Shown here piece after piece: positions 19,268 through 29,202 of a stretch of 52,192 nt of DNA (the first letter of the stretch is position 1; each line of letters begins with the position of its first letter). The notes beneath the pieces are model-generated. The model ran no database searches and was not told the DNA's origin. It saw nothing but the letters and a program-made list of their open reading frames with translations. A program made the translations under genes and the position numbers. The stretch is from sequence record SRR22947725_2243; one strand, 5' to 3'.

Positions 19268-20395
19268 TTAATGGATATGATTGGTTAGAATTGGCTTTAC
19301 CTTTTGCCCGTCGTTTAAAATATGCGGTGTCTCATATACTACAATATCACCGACTTTTAGTCCTTCCAAAATCTCTATACTTTTTAAGTTTCTAGCACCA
19401 ATCTTTACCGATCTTATAAACGCTTTTCCTTCCCTTACCACAAAAACAGAATTACCGATCAAGGACTTACTAGGAAGAAGTAAACGATCTTCTTTTTTAC
19501 TTTTTATTATTTCAACTCTTCCAGACATACCCGGTTGAACCATTTGAGTTGATTGCAGAGGTTCAAGATAGAGAAGTCTTCTTCCTGTGGAAGCATTTAC
19601 TGTCGGGGAAAGTCTGGAAACCTTTGCCTCTATGATTTGATTACCCCTTGAAAACAGAGATACTGCAGCAGTTAAACCCTCTTTAATTCCCACAAAATCA
19701 TCCTCATCTAACGATGCTACGATTAGCCGTTCATTTGAGATTATGGTTCCCAAATTATAGCCAAAAGAAATTAACTCCCCTCCTGACACATTAGAATTTA
19801 TCAATTGACCATCGATAGGACTTCTAATGGTCATTTTTTTAATTTGAGCTTTTAAATCTTCGATTCTAATTGAATGATTAATTAGTTTCTCGCTATCTGA
19901 AATTTTTTCTTGTTCAACTTCAATTTCTAAACGAGTTACAATATTCTTTTTCCTTTTTAGTTCAGCTAAGGTTATTTTTTCTGCATTAAAAAGTGCGGTT
20001 GATGCATTCAGTTCCTCTTTCTCAATTTCTAAGGTATTTGCGAATATGGAACCTTCATTAATTCTCTGCTCGAAATGATTTTTTTCCATTAAAGCTTTTT
20101 TAAGGCTACGATTTAAATCACTTATGTCCAATTGAACAAGAATCTGTCCTTTAACAACCGGAATCGCTTTGCTTAGTGGCTTTATGGCAACGAATTGCAC
20201 TAGACCTTGGGCATGAGATTTTAATTGAAAAGTCTGCTCTGCCAGAATTTGAATATTGCCAGTAACTGAATCTTTCATCGTTCCTTTAATTACTTTAGCA
20301 CAGAGCAATCTCTCCCCCTTAGACACGATAAAAAAACTAAAACCTGCGATTCCTAACAATAAACCTATAATGACTATCGATTTTATTTTAATCAT
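19268..20395 (-). CDS. Periplasmic adaptor (membrane fusion protein)
   Basis: N-terminal anchor, VVKGQILVQLD, coiled hairpin, IRSPIDG, PGMS, GLKVGDIVV. Confidence 0.85.
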   Translation of the reverse strand: MIKIKSIVIIGLLLGIAGFSFFIVSKGERLLCAKVIKGTMKDSVTGNIQILAEQTFQLKSHAQGLVQFVAIKPLSKAIPVVKGQILVQLDISDLNRSLKKALMEKNHFEQRINEGSIFANTLEIEKEELNASTALFNAEKITLAELKRKKNIVTRLEIEVEQEKISDSEKLINHSIRIEDLKAQIKKMTIRSPIDGQLINSNVSGGELISFGYNLGTIISNERLIVASLDEDDFVGIKEGLTAAVSLFSRGNQIIEAKVSRLSPTVNASTGRRLLYLEPLQSTQMVQPGMSGRVEIIKSKKEDRLLLPSKSLIGNSVFVVREGKAFIRSVKIGARNLKSIEILEGLKVGDIVVYETPHILNDGQKVKPILTNHIH

Positions 20396-21726
20396 TTCGG
20401 ATATTGTAGATGGAATTCGTATTTTTCTTTTACCTGAAAATAGGAAAAGACTGCTTGTATTAGACTTAACCTAGCTTTGGAAAGATCAAGTTTTGAGGAA
20501 AAATAGCTGCTATATGTTATTTGATTAATATCAAATTCAAGTTGGCTTTTTTCAAACCGGTTATTTGCAGTTGAAACAAGTTGCCTGGCAATATCAATTT
20601 GTTTTGCCAGGTTAAACATTTGTGATTGCAGACTATTCATTTCCAACCGAAGTCTTTTAGTATTACTTTCAAGTTGGATTTCAAACTGACGTTTTTTTGC
20701 TAATGCCAGTGATTTCATTCCCTTAGTGTAGGAAGAATCCCAAAGTGCCCAGTTAGCCTCAACACCTATAAGTAAGTTATTTCGTCTTACGGAATCTGCT
20801 TTGTTTGGCAGATCAATCTGATCCTGATAGAATCCACCGACTAAGTTAACTTTTGGTTTGAGATTCGAATCTGCTATTTTAACATTTTCTTTTTCTATGC
20901 TTATTTGACTTTTAAGTTCTTCAAGATTTTCAGATGAAATAGAACCAACCAGTTGTGGAATTCTTTTCCCAAACTCATGTTTATTGTAGAAGCTTTCAAA
21001 TTTCTCCGGGATATCAATTACTATTTCATTGTAGTAGCCTGTATCATGTTTGAAGTACGCTTTTTTGGATATTAAAAGACGATTAAATTCGGCAATTTTA
21101 ATAGATTGTTCTAGCTTTTCTATTGTTGCTTGACTGACCATTAATTCGGTAGCGAAGCCTAATTCTTTTCTTTTGATTAAGTCTTCTTCATTCTGTTCGC
21201 TTAGGGAGAGTGCATCTTTAGCAAGTTTTAATTGAAAATTCAAAAGCACAAGTTCCATAAACTCTGATTTTATCTGCGAAATTAAATTAGATTTTATCGC
21301 GTTAGTTTTCCTAACACCATATTCGGCTGACAGTTCTGCGATTCGACTCTTTGCCTTCAAACCTCCCCAATGATAAATTGGTTTTTTAACATAAATTGAA
21401 CCAACTGTTCGATAGCTTTGATCATAAGCTTGTCCCGGTCGATTTTCATGGATTGAATATCCACTTACATTCAAGTTAACTGATAAACCTTTTGCTGATT
21501 CAGCAACCATTTTATTTGAATTCGCTACCTTGCCCAGTTGTTTAGATTCACTAATCAAGGGTGCATTGTCATCCAAACTCTGAAAAATTACTGTTAAAAC
21601 AGGAAAGTAGGTTTCGATATCTTCCTCCGAGTGAAATAATTTTTTTCTATCTCCATAGACTGCCAAGGAGTAGGAAATCAACACAAGGAAGAGAATAAAA
21701 CGTGTTATACTAGTAAAAGAACTCAA
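20392..21726 (-). CDS. TolC-family outer membrane efflux protein
   Basis: Signal peptide, two helical repeats with PIY and P.V.L...GVEANWALWD strands; adjacent to MFP and ABC genes. Confidence 0.78.
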   Translation of the reverse strand: MSSFTSITRFILFLVLISYSLAVYGDRKKLFHSEEDIETYFPVLTVIFQSLDDNAPLISESKQLGKVANSNKMVAESAKGLSVNLNVSGYSIHENRPGQAYDQSYRTVGSIYVKKPIYHWGGLKAKSRIAELSAEYGVRKTNAIKSNLISQIKSEFMELVLLNFQLKLAKDALSLSEQNEEDLIKRKELGFATELMVSQATIEKLEQSIKIAEFNRLLISKKAYFKHDTGYYNEIVIDIPEKFESFYNKHEFGKRIPQLVGSISSENLEELKSQISIEKENVKIADSNLKPKVNLVGGFYQDQIDLPNKADSVRRNNLLIGVEANWALWDSSYTKGMKSLALAKKRQFEIQLESNTKRLRLEMNSLQSQMFNLAKQIDIARQLVSTANNRFEKSQLEFDINQITYSSYFSSKLDLSKARLSLIQAVFSYFQVKEKYEFHLQYPK

Positions 21727-21794
21727 TTTTGCAGGTTAAACCTAAAGTTACTAATACTCAATCAGAATGAATTTGAATCTTATACAATTTAGTT

Positions 21795-22469
21795 CTAATT
21801 TTTGGAGGAACTTGTCAGATAAATGGACTGAAGAGCTTCGCCAATCCATTGATCTTTTTGATCATCGGTGTCTGATCTGATCGTTGCTACTTCATCTGTT
21901 GTTATTTCCCCAAAGTCATTTCCCCAAGCCTGCCTAACATAAGTTACTACATTAGCAATTTCTCTGTCGTCAATAGGAACCGCTGCCATATTGACTGCAG
22001 CAGATGTACCGTATTTTTCACCTTTAACAGTAATTTCTCCTTTTAATCCCTTTAAAATGATCTTAGTGATTAAAGCCGGATTTGCAGAAACCCATTCTGA
22101 ATCTGCTAATGGAGGATATTGATTTGGAATACCAAGACCGTTTGCTTGGTGACAAGAAGCACACCGAAGAGCAAAAATCTTTTTACCGGAGTCATATTTT
22201 CTTTCTAATCTCTGAGTTTCCTTTTCTTCATCCGATAATTCTACAATTTCTTGTGGAGGGTGAATTTGAAAACCATTTGTTGAATGTGCTAATTGTATCG
22301 AACAAACAAAGATCAAGCACCCAAACATAAATACGAAAATAAGGGGTGCGATAAGGAAACCCTGAGTGGGGGGATGTTTTTCACGATTAAGTTCCGAATG
22401 AACTTCAACCATATCATCATCATTCATTACATTACTATCTTCTAAGCTTTTTTTTGTCTTATTACTCAT
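21795..22469 (-). CDS. Membrane-anchored monoheme cytochrome c
   Basis: One TM segment, CASCHQANG.G...YPPLA.S.WV, distal Met (VNMAA), IANVVTYVRQAWGN. Confidence 0.9.
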   Translation of the reverse strand: MSNKTKKSLEDSNVMNDDDMVEVHSELNREKHPPTQGFLIAPLIFVFMFGCLIFVCSIQLAHSTNGFQIHPPQEIVELSDEEKETQRLERKYDSGKKIFALRCASCHQANGLGIPNQYPPLADSEWVSANPALITKIILKGLKGEITVKGEKYGTSAAVNMAAVPIDDREIANVVTYVRQAWGNDFGEITTDEVATIRSDTDDQKDQWIGEALQSIYLTSSSKN

Positions 22470-23578
22470 TTATCGGAATTTAGTTCTGCAGCAGTCCACA
22501 TTTGCATTTGTCCCCGATCTTTGACGAAGTCCCTTACATTAGCTACTTCCTCTGGGCTTACAGCAGATGCAGAATTACCCCAATCATTTCTAATGTATGT
22601 CAGTACATCAGCAATTTGCTGATCTGTTAAAGAACCTGGTGGTACTCCCGGGGCTATCATAACACCATTGTATTTATCACCATTAACTTCAATTTCTCCC
22701 ATTAAACCATGCATGCTAATTTTAATTATTCTTTCCTTGTCACCGAGCACCCAGTCAGAATCTGCAAGTGGAGGGAATGCACCTGGTAGACCTAAACCAG
22801 TGGGTTGATGGCAGGATACACACCCTCCCCCGCCTGGACCGACTTTTGTGTAAATTTCTTTTCCGGATGAAATTTGGTCCGCTAACCAAGTCGGTAATTG
22901 AGTTGAGGTCGTTGGGGCTGCAACAAGTTCCGATGCATCCGTTTCCTCCTCCTCCACGAAACTCATCTCAGGCAATTCATAATCTTGACGAAGTTCTTGA
23001 AGGTAAGCTACAATACGGTTTGCTTTAATTCGTGGTTTTACGAGTCTTGTTCTGTTATCTTCTGAGATAATTTGTATAGAGCCAGATACATTAGAGTCCT
23101 TAATGTCATAGAGAAAAGGGCTCGGCGGACAAATTGATTTTTCATTTAAAGATTGTGGTTCGAAAAGGTGTTGGTGCAACCATTCATCCGAATATTCTCT
23201 CATTCCAAGGTTCGCTAAATCAGGACCTACTCTAGTATTTCCTATATTTACTTCATTCTGCAAAATATAATCTCTCGCGACCGAAGGTCTTTTTCCCCAA
23301 CCTCTTTCCACATCAAAACCAGCTTCAACTAATCGGACTTGTTGAGTATGGCATGTGGCACAACCAAGAGATAGATATTCGACGGCACCTTGTTGAGCAA
23401 CACCAGAAAACGCAACAGGATATAAATCAGAATCCTCTGGTATATTTCCATCCTCGTTTAAAACAGATGAAGTGGGAGATAAATCTCCAAATTGCTTGCG
23501 GGCACCTACTACAAAGGCAAGCCAAGCAACTGCGAGTGTGGTGAAAATTCCAAATGAAAATTTAAAAATATTATTCAT
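22466..23578 (-). CDS. cbb3 subunit II (CcoO)-like domain fused to a second cytochrome c (diheme)
   Basis: GCATCHTQQVR, RVGPDLA, WLHQHLFEP typical of CcoO; second domain CVSCHQ..G.GLPGAFPPL...YNGVM. Confidence 0.85.
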   Translation of the reverse strand: MNNIFKFSFGIFTTLAVAWLAFVVGARKQFGDLSPTSSVLNEDGNIPEDSDLYPVAFSGVAQQGAVEYLSLGCATCHTQQVRLVEAGFDVERGWGKRPSVARDYILQNEVNIGNTRVGPDLANLGMREYSDEWLHQHLFEPQSLNEKSICPPSPFLYDIKDSNVSGSIQIISEDNRTRLVKPRIKANRIVAYLQELRQDYELPEMSFVEEEETDASELVAAPTTSTQLPTWLADQISSGKEIYTKVGPGGGGCVSCHQPTGLGLPGAFPPLADSDWVLGDKERIIKISMHGLMGEIEVNGDKYNGVMIAPGVPPGSLTDQQIADVLTYIRNDWGNSASAVSPEEVANVRDFVKDRGQMQMWTAAELNSDK

Positions 23579-24987
23579 ACTGTAGAAGCCTTAGATGCAA
23601 ACTTTTTACTTCTTCCCGTATTTTCAAAAGGGTTAGGGACAAGAACCTTCCAAATATTGATTACAAACACCAATTGTGAAAAGCCTAGTATGATAAATGA
23701 AATTTCGGTGATTAGAAAATAGGGTTGAATTGAAGCAATAACAGAGTTTGTCCAGTCAAGAGCAGGTTGTTGGGCCAAAACACCATGAGTTAAACCACCA
23801 ATTAGATAAGCCAGTAACAGCATCATGACACCCAAGGCTGAGGTCCAAAAATGGAATGATTTTGCAGATTTGGTAATTTCTTTTCCTGTAATTTTGGGAA
23901 GCATGTGATACACCGCACCAAAAACAATCATACTGAAAAATCCATAAACGCGTTGGTTGAAGTGAAACTCATTAATGATAGAAAATTGGGTCAATTTGGC
24001 TACTGAAGGAAGCGAAAAGATAACCCCAATGTAACTTGATATTGTATATGAGAGAGTACCGAAAATAACAAATCTAAGGGGTAAACTACTCCATACTTTA
24101 TCTATATCTTTAAATGCAGTGGCATGAAAATTTGTTGAGGCAACAGCTATGGGGAAAATCATTGCAATGCTCATAACTGTCCCAATAGCAGGTATCCACA
24201 TTGGTACAGGTCCACCTTCTAAGTGATGCACGACAGACCAAGGGGCAAGAGTTGCTATACACCAAAACCCAAAAATTGCTAAATAATACTTATCGATTGG
24301 CTTACCAATAATCGAAGGAATTATGTAATAAGCTACACCGAGAGCAAAAGGCGTGAGCCAAAGCCAAATTAAATTTTGTCCAAACCACATTGAAAGAACA
24401 CTCTGAACCGTTCCTGGTGAAGGATTAATTTCAAGACCATTCCAAGCGATTAAGAAAAGTGCAGGGAACCACAAGATGGCAGCAAGTATGAACCATTGGG
24501 GGGCAATCGTGTCTGGGTATTTACGAGAGCGATGGAGCACAATAATCAAGCAAGTAATGATTGCGTATGAGATAAAAAGCAGTGGCCAAACCTCATTAGG
24601 CATTTCAAGCATTTCATGAGAATTCATGTGTCCATCCAAAATACCAAGGAGACCAAATGTTATTCCGAGATTCCATAATACTCCTGATGTAATAAGCAAT
24701 ACTCGTCCTCTAACCTCAGCTTGGGATAATCTAGCAATAATCCATATGCTTATTGCAAAAATTGAATTTCCACCCCAACCATAAACAAAGGCATTTGCTT
24801 GAGCTATTTTCACTTTTCCGTAAGTGAAGTATTCGAAAGATGAAAGAAAAAAAGGATCTGTTAATTTAGCAGCGGCAATGTAAGCGAGGAGTGCGGCGGC
24901 AAGTAACCACAAACCGGCAGAGGCAATAAAGAAAGAAACCACCCATTTTGCGGACTTGTCTATCACTTGTTCGTCAGTAAGTTTCAC
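23575..24987 (-). CDS. Heme-copper oxidase subunit I homolog (cbb3 CcoN-like), degenerate active site
   Basis: About 12 TM helices, collinear with CcoN motifs (TYG...NA, WFGQN, YYIIP, HHL, LRF, YHMLPK, HFW), but key His/Tyr residues replaced. Confidence 0.85.
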   Translation of the reverse strand: MKLTDEQVIDKSAKWVVSFFIASAGLWLLAAALLAYIAAAKLTDPFFLSSFEYFTYGKVKIAQANAFVYGWGGNSIFAISIWIIARLSQAEVRGRVLLITSGVLWNLGITFGLLGILDGHMNSHEMLEMPNEVWPLLFISYAIITCLIIVLHRSRKYPDTIAPQWFILAAILWFPALFLIAWNGLEINPSPGTVQSVLSMWFGQNLIWLWLTPFALGVAYYIIPSIIGKPIDKYYLAIFGFWCIATLAPWSVVHHLEGGPVPMWIPAIGTVMSIAMIFPIAVASTNFHATAFKDIDKVWSSLPLRFVIFGTLSYTISSYIGVIFSLPSVAKLTQFSIINEFHFNQRVYGFFSMIVFGAVYHMLPKITGKEITKSAKSFHFWTSALGVMMLLLAYLIGGLTHGVLAQQPALDWTNSVIASIQPYFLITEISFIILGFSQLVFVINIWKVLVPNPFENTGRSKKFASKASTV

Positions 24988-24994
24988 TTTTGGA

Positions 24995-25294
24995 TTATTG
25001 GTCTTTATTTGGTTTGGGACGGTAAGATTCAGTAATTTTTTTCATTACTGATTCGAGGCTAGAATTTTTTTCGTTATGGAAATTAATAATTTTTGATTCA
25101 AAAATATTAGAATCATTTTTGAACTCCATGATTTTTTTACTTCTTTGGTCCGAAATCATACTTTGGGATTCAACATTATTTTCCTCATCAAAATACACTT
25201 GAAATAAAAAATAAGCTGATACCAAAATGATACCAATGATAAGTGAGAAAAACACACTACATCCATCTGCACGCTGTAATTTAGGATCACTCAT
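24995..25294 (-). CDS. Small single-TM protein, possible ActG-like accessory subunit
   Basis: 99 aa, one TM, overlaps the actF stop, sits where actG occurs in ACIII operons. Confidence 0.55.
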   Translation of the reverse strand: MSDPKLQRADGCSVFFSLIIGIILVSAYFLFQVYFDEENNVESQSMISDQRSKKIMEFKNDSNIFESKIINFHNEKNSSLESVMKKITESYRPKPNKDQ

Positions 25295-26564
25295 GATGGT
25301 TTAAAGAGTCTAAAATTCTTGGGTCTCTCACGGGAATTAACTCAGCAACGTTTGAATTGAAGCTTTGTCGTACGGCACGCACACATAAACATCCAACCCC
25401 TATTAGGGTGGAAATCCCCCAAAATAAATGGAATCCAAGTACAGGACGGGCTTCGTATCCGACATATGCACCAGGAACAATCTCACGCCCCGGAATAATG
25501 TTCCAGTACAGGTCAAGCAGATGAAAAGCTAATATCCAAAGTGCAATAAAAGCAATTCGACCCCCGTTGATTTTATTCTTGTAGAAAAGTAAGTAGAGAA
25601 AAGGAAAGAAAAAGTGTCCAAAAATTAATCCCATGCTTACCCAAAACCAAGCTGAAGTTTCTCCTGTATTGGGGTTAATTTCTCTAATATTATACCAAAA
25701 TGTTTCTTCTGGAATGTTCGCACTGTAGATCAAGAAATATTGAGAAAAGCTAATATATGCCCAAAAAACGGTAAATGCTAAGGAAAGACAGGCTAGATCA
25801 TATTGATGGGCCTGTTTGTAAATACCGGTGAGGGTACCCTTTTTGAGAAGGAAAAGGCATCCCAAGATGGTGATTGCGAGTGCAGCTCTTATTCCCGATG
25901 AAAAAAACCAAACTCCATACATTGTGGAGAACCATTGATATTCTAAACTCATGAACATGTCAAAAGCACCAAAGGTGAGAGCCAATGCCGTAGCGGGAAT
26001 ACCTATCGCTGAGACTTTCATACCGAGATGTGACCATTTTGGGTCACCATCTTGGTCTTGTGTAAACGAAACTTTTCTCATCCAATAGCTAAGACCGCAA
26101 AAAACTGCGAAGTATAAAATGATCCGTAAACTAAAAAAATAAAGGTTCAAATAGCCCGCTTTCTTTTGATGGAGAACATCTGTTGCAACAGTTATACCAT
26201 CAACTGTTGGACTATCTGGGTTGATCCAAGACCATAAAATGCCAGCGTTATCTCCCCCAAATAAAGCCACAAGTAATAGAGGAGCAATGCAAAGACCTAA
26301 CCACGGAAAAGCCGCAAGTCCATGCTCCAATTGTCTCCTTACCACTGGTGTCCATCTCGAATTAAAAACTCTGAAAATCATGACTAACATTAACATCCCA
26401 ATTGCAATGCTTAGCCAAAACGAGCAACCCCATAACCATCCAAGGAAGGGTGCTTTATCACCGCTTGAAAGTCCCAAGAATAATCCAACTAAACCAATTG
26501 CTAATCCAAGAACAGCACCGGCAAGTAATTTTAAATCAGTATCTTTTTTGGCAACCTCACTCAT
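25287..26564 (-). CDS. actF: Alternative complex III subunit F
   Basis: Polytopic membrane protein with K..YLN..FF..R, D..MSLE..WFSTMYG, FWAYISFSQY.LI..ANIPEET.WY; position in the act operon. Confidence 0.88.
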   Translation of the reverse strand: MSEVAKKDTDLKLLAGAVLGLAIGLVGLFLGLSSGDKAPFLGWLWGCSFWLSIAIGMLMLVMIFRVFNSRWTPVVRRQLEHGLAAFPWLGLCIAPLLLVALFGGDNAGILWSWINPDSPTVDGITVATDVLHQKKAGYLNLYFFSLRIILYFAVFCGLSYWMRKVSFTQDQDGDPKWSHLGMKVSAIGIPATALALTFGAFDMFMSLEYQWFSTMYGVWFFSSGIRAALAITILGCLFLLKKGTLTGIYKQAHQYDLACLSLAFTVFWAYISFSQYFLIYSANIPEETFWYNIREINPNTGETSAWFWVSMGLIFGHFFFPFLYLLFYKNKINGGRIAFIALWILAFHLLDLYWNIIPGREIVPGAYVGYEARPVLGFHLFWGISTLIGVGCLCVRAVRQSFNSNVAELIPVRDPRILDSLNHHE

Positions 26565-27223
26565 GATTTCTTATCAATTCCATTGGTAGCATCGCTCACA
26601 TAGCTTTGTAGTGCTCGTAAGTATAGTACAATTGCCCATCGCTCACGAGGAGTGAGTTTGTCTTTCAGTCCAAGCATTATCCCGGAAGCAGAACCCATTG
26701 CAATTGCATTGTAGATTTGTCCGTCCGACCATGGTGCTGCTGATTCTAAGTAAGATCCGGATTGAGATGAATCTGACAGGTTACGCGGTGCTAACCCAAA
26801 ATAAGAGGTGACTCCTTTTCCATCTCCATAATCGCCGTGGCAAACAGAACAGTGAATATCATATTTCTCTCTTCCCAAACGCATCAAATCGATATTAATA
26901 CCTAATTCATTAGGTATTTTACTGAGCCATTTCCCATTTGAATCCTTACCAGTTTTGATCGAATCAATGAGAAACTTAGGTGTGGCAGAAAAAACATTGT
27001 TTTGAGTAATTAAGTTACCACGAATGGCAGTACCAATAACAGGTAAACGATCCGCCCGATTGTCCCCAAAAAAAGGATTTTTGGTTTGTGACTTGTATTT
27101 AGCTTGCCTGTCCATGTCAGGAAAGACCTCAATTGGAGTATTTTCAGTGAAGTCTCCACGAAATCCCAAAATGGAAATGATACTTCCTACAACAATAATA
27201 AATATCGGAATGAAATATTTCAT
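26561..27223 (-). CDS. actE: Alternative complex III subunit E (monoheme cytochrome c)
   Basis: FPDMDRQAKYK.Q..N.FF.D.R.DR.PV.GT, CSVCHG, ERWAIVLYLRALQ. Confidence 0.88.
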   Translation of the reverse strand: MKYFIPIFIIVVGSIISILGFRGDFTENTPIEVFPDMDRQAKYKSQTKNPFFGDNRADRLPVIGTAIRGNLITQNNVFSATPKFLIDSIKTGKDSNGKWLSKIPNELGINIDLMRLGREKYDIHCSVCHGDYGDGKGVTSYFGLAPRNLSDSSQSGSYLESAAPWSDGQIYNAIAMGSASGIMLGLKDKLTPRERWAIVLYLRALQSYVSDATNGIDKKS

Positions 27224-27774
27224 TGATCAATAGGTTCACGAATTACAGTTATTGATTTCCCGCCAATAGTTTTGAGAAACTTAGGGGTATCCTCATCATC
27301 AAATTTAGCATCTTCGATCTCGATCACTATCATATATTTATCATCTCCTGTCCTTCCAAAAGAAGGATGCTCAAAAATTGGATGGTTGTGTTGAGGTAAA
27401 CGATTCAGGAAAAACATGCCAAAAAGGGTACCAAAAGCAGCAAATAGTATTGTCAACTCGTAGAATACAGGAAACGGATAAATCATGCTGAAATAAGGCT
27501 TCCCACCGACTATCAGTGGATAATCAAATGCATTCATGTACCAAACAATTAAAATACCTGTGAAAAAACCAGTAACTCCTCCTGCAAGAGTAAAGCATGG
27601 CACTTTAGATCGCCCTACCCCCATTTGCGCATCTAATCCATGCACAGGAATAGGAGTATAACATTCCCAATCCTTAAAACCTTCTTCTCGTACTTTACCT
27701 GCTGCATCAAATAAATCTTTTGCCGAGTTAAAAGTTGCAGCTACTCCATATTTAATATCCATGAGTTTACTCAT
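27220..27774 (-). CDS. actD: Alternative complex III subunit D (DUF3341)
   Basis: YTPIPVHGLD, DYPLIVGGKP, P..YELTILFAA. Confidence 0.9.
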   Translation of the reverse strand: MSKLMDIKYGVAATFNSAKDLFDAAGKVREEGFKDWECYTPIPVHGLDAQMGVGRSKVPCFTLAGGVTGFFTGILIVWYMNAFDYPLIVGGKPYFSMIYPFPVFYELTILFAAFGTLFGMFFLNRLPQHNHPIFEHPSFGRTGDDKYMIVIEIEDAKFDDEDTPKFLKTIGGKSITVIREPIDQ

Positions 27775-27780
27775 AACAAA

Positions 27781-29202
27781 TTAATGCTTACCTCCATGGG
27801 GATCAGCAGCAGGCATTACTGATTTAACTTCTGCCATTGGCATAAGAGGTAGGAAACGAAGAAAGAGAAGAAAAAGTACAGAAAAGAAACCAAATGTTCC
27901 AACAAATGTAAAGATGTCTACTATTGAAGGAGAATAATAACCCCAACTTGAAGGTAAAAAATCACGCGATAGAGTGGTGTTTGCAATCACAAATCTCTCA
28001 AACCACATTCCAATGTTTACAAAGATGGAAATAATCCAAACCAATGGAATGTTGTTCTTGATAGCTTTGAACCAGAAAAGCTGCGGGCAAATAACATTGC
28101 ATGAAACCATAATCCAATAAGCCCACCAATAATTTCCGAATGCACGATTTATAAATGCAAATCCTTCATAGGAATTGGCTCCATACCATGCAATAAAGAA
28201 CTCCATCGCATAAGCATATCCAACCATACTTCCAGTGGCCAATATGATCTTACACATGTTATCAATGTGCTTTTCAGTGATGAGGTCATGGAGCCGAAAA
28301 ATAGCTCTCAAAGGCAGTAATAAGGTAAGCACCATTCCAAAACCAGAGAAAATGGCACCCGCTACAAAATACGGTGGGAAAATTGTGGTATGCCAACCAG
28401 GTAAATTTGCGACTGCAAAGTCGAATGAAACGATCGTATGTACAGACAAGACTAAAGGAGTTGAAAGTCCTGCAAGTAACAAATATGCCATTTCAAAATT
28501 TCGCCAATGGTTATTTGCATTTCGCCAACCCATAGCAAGAACACCATAAAAATATTTCCTCCAAGTTTCTTTTGCTCGATCCCTTAGTACGGCAAGATCA
28601 GGAATCATTCCCATGTACCAAAATAAAATTGAAACGGTTGCGTAGGTTGAAACTGCAAATACATCCCATTCAAGAGGACTTCGGAATTGTGGCCAAATAG
28701 CATTAGCGTTTGGTATGGGAAATAACCACCATGCAAACCAAACCCGTCCCACGTGGAATAAGGGAAAGATGCCAGCACACAACACGGCAAATACAGTCAT
28801 GGCTTCAGATGCCCGATTAATTGATGTTCTCCATTGTTGCTTCAAGAGGCAAAGAACGGCTGAAATAAGTGTTCCAGCGTGTCCAATTCCTATCCAAAAA
28901 ACGAAATTTACAATTGCCCAACCCCAATTTACCGGATTGTTGTTACCCCATACACCAACTCCAGTGGAAACGAGATAGATTAATCCCATACCGGTGAAAC
29001 TTGCTACACAAAGTGCAGTTATAAAACAATACCACCACCAAGTCGGGGTTTTTTGCTCTACGATTCCACAAATCTTTTCAGTGACCCAACGAAAACTTCT
29101 GTTGTTTAATACTAATGGAACATCCTCCCATTTCGCAGGATTAACCTTCTTCATTAGTTCGGGAGCTATTTCATCCCCGTGCTCTTTAATATCAGACGAC
29201 AT
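27781..29202 (-). CDS. actC: Alternative complex III subunit C (NrfD/PsrC family, quinol site)
   Basis: [87 protein letters not shown]. Confidence 0.95.
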   Translation of the reverse strand: MSSDIKEHGDEIAPELMKKVNPAKWEDVPLVLNNRSFRWVTEKICGIVEQKTPTWWWYCFITALCVASFTGMGLIYLVSTGVGVWGNNNPVNWGWAIVNFVFWIGIGHAGTLISAVLCLLKQQWRTSINRASEAMTVFAVLCAGIFPLFHVGRVWFAWWLFPIPNANAIWPQFRSPLEWDVFAVSTYATVSILFWYMGMIPDLAVLRDRAKETWRKYFYGVLAMGWRNANNHWRNFEMAYLLLAGLSTPLVLSVHTIVSFDFAVANLPGWHTTIFPPYFVAGAIFSGFGMVLTLLLPLRAIFRLHDLITEKHIDNMCKIILATGSMVGYAYAMEFFIAWYGANSYEGFAFINRAFGNYWWAYWIMVSCNVICPQLFWFKAIKNNIPLVWIISIFVNIGMWFERFVIANTTLSRDFLPSSWGYYSPSIVDIFTFVGTFGFFSVLFLLFLRFLPLMPMAEVKSVMPAADPHGGKH

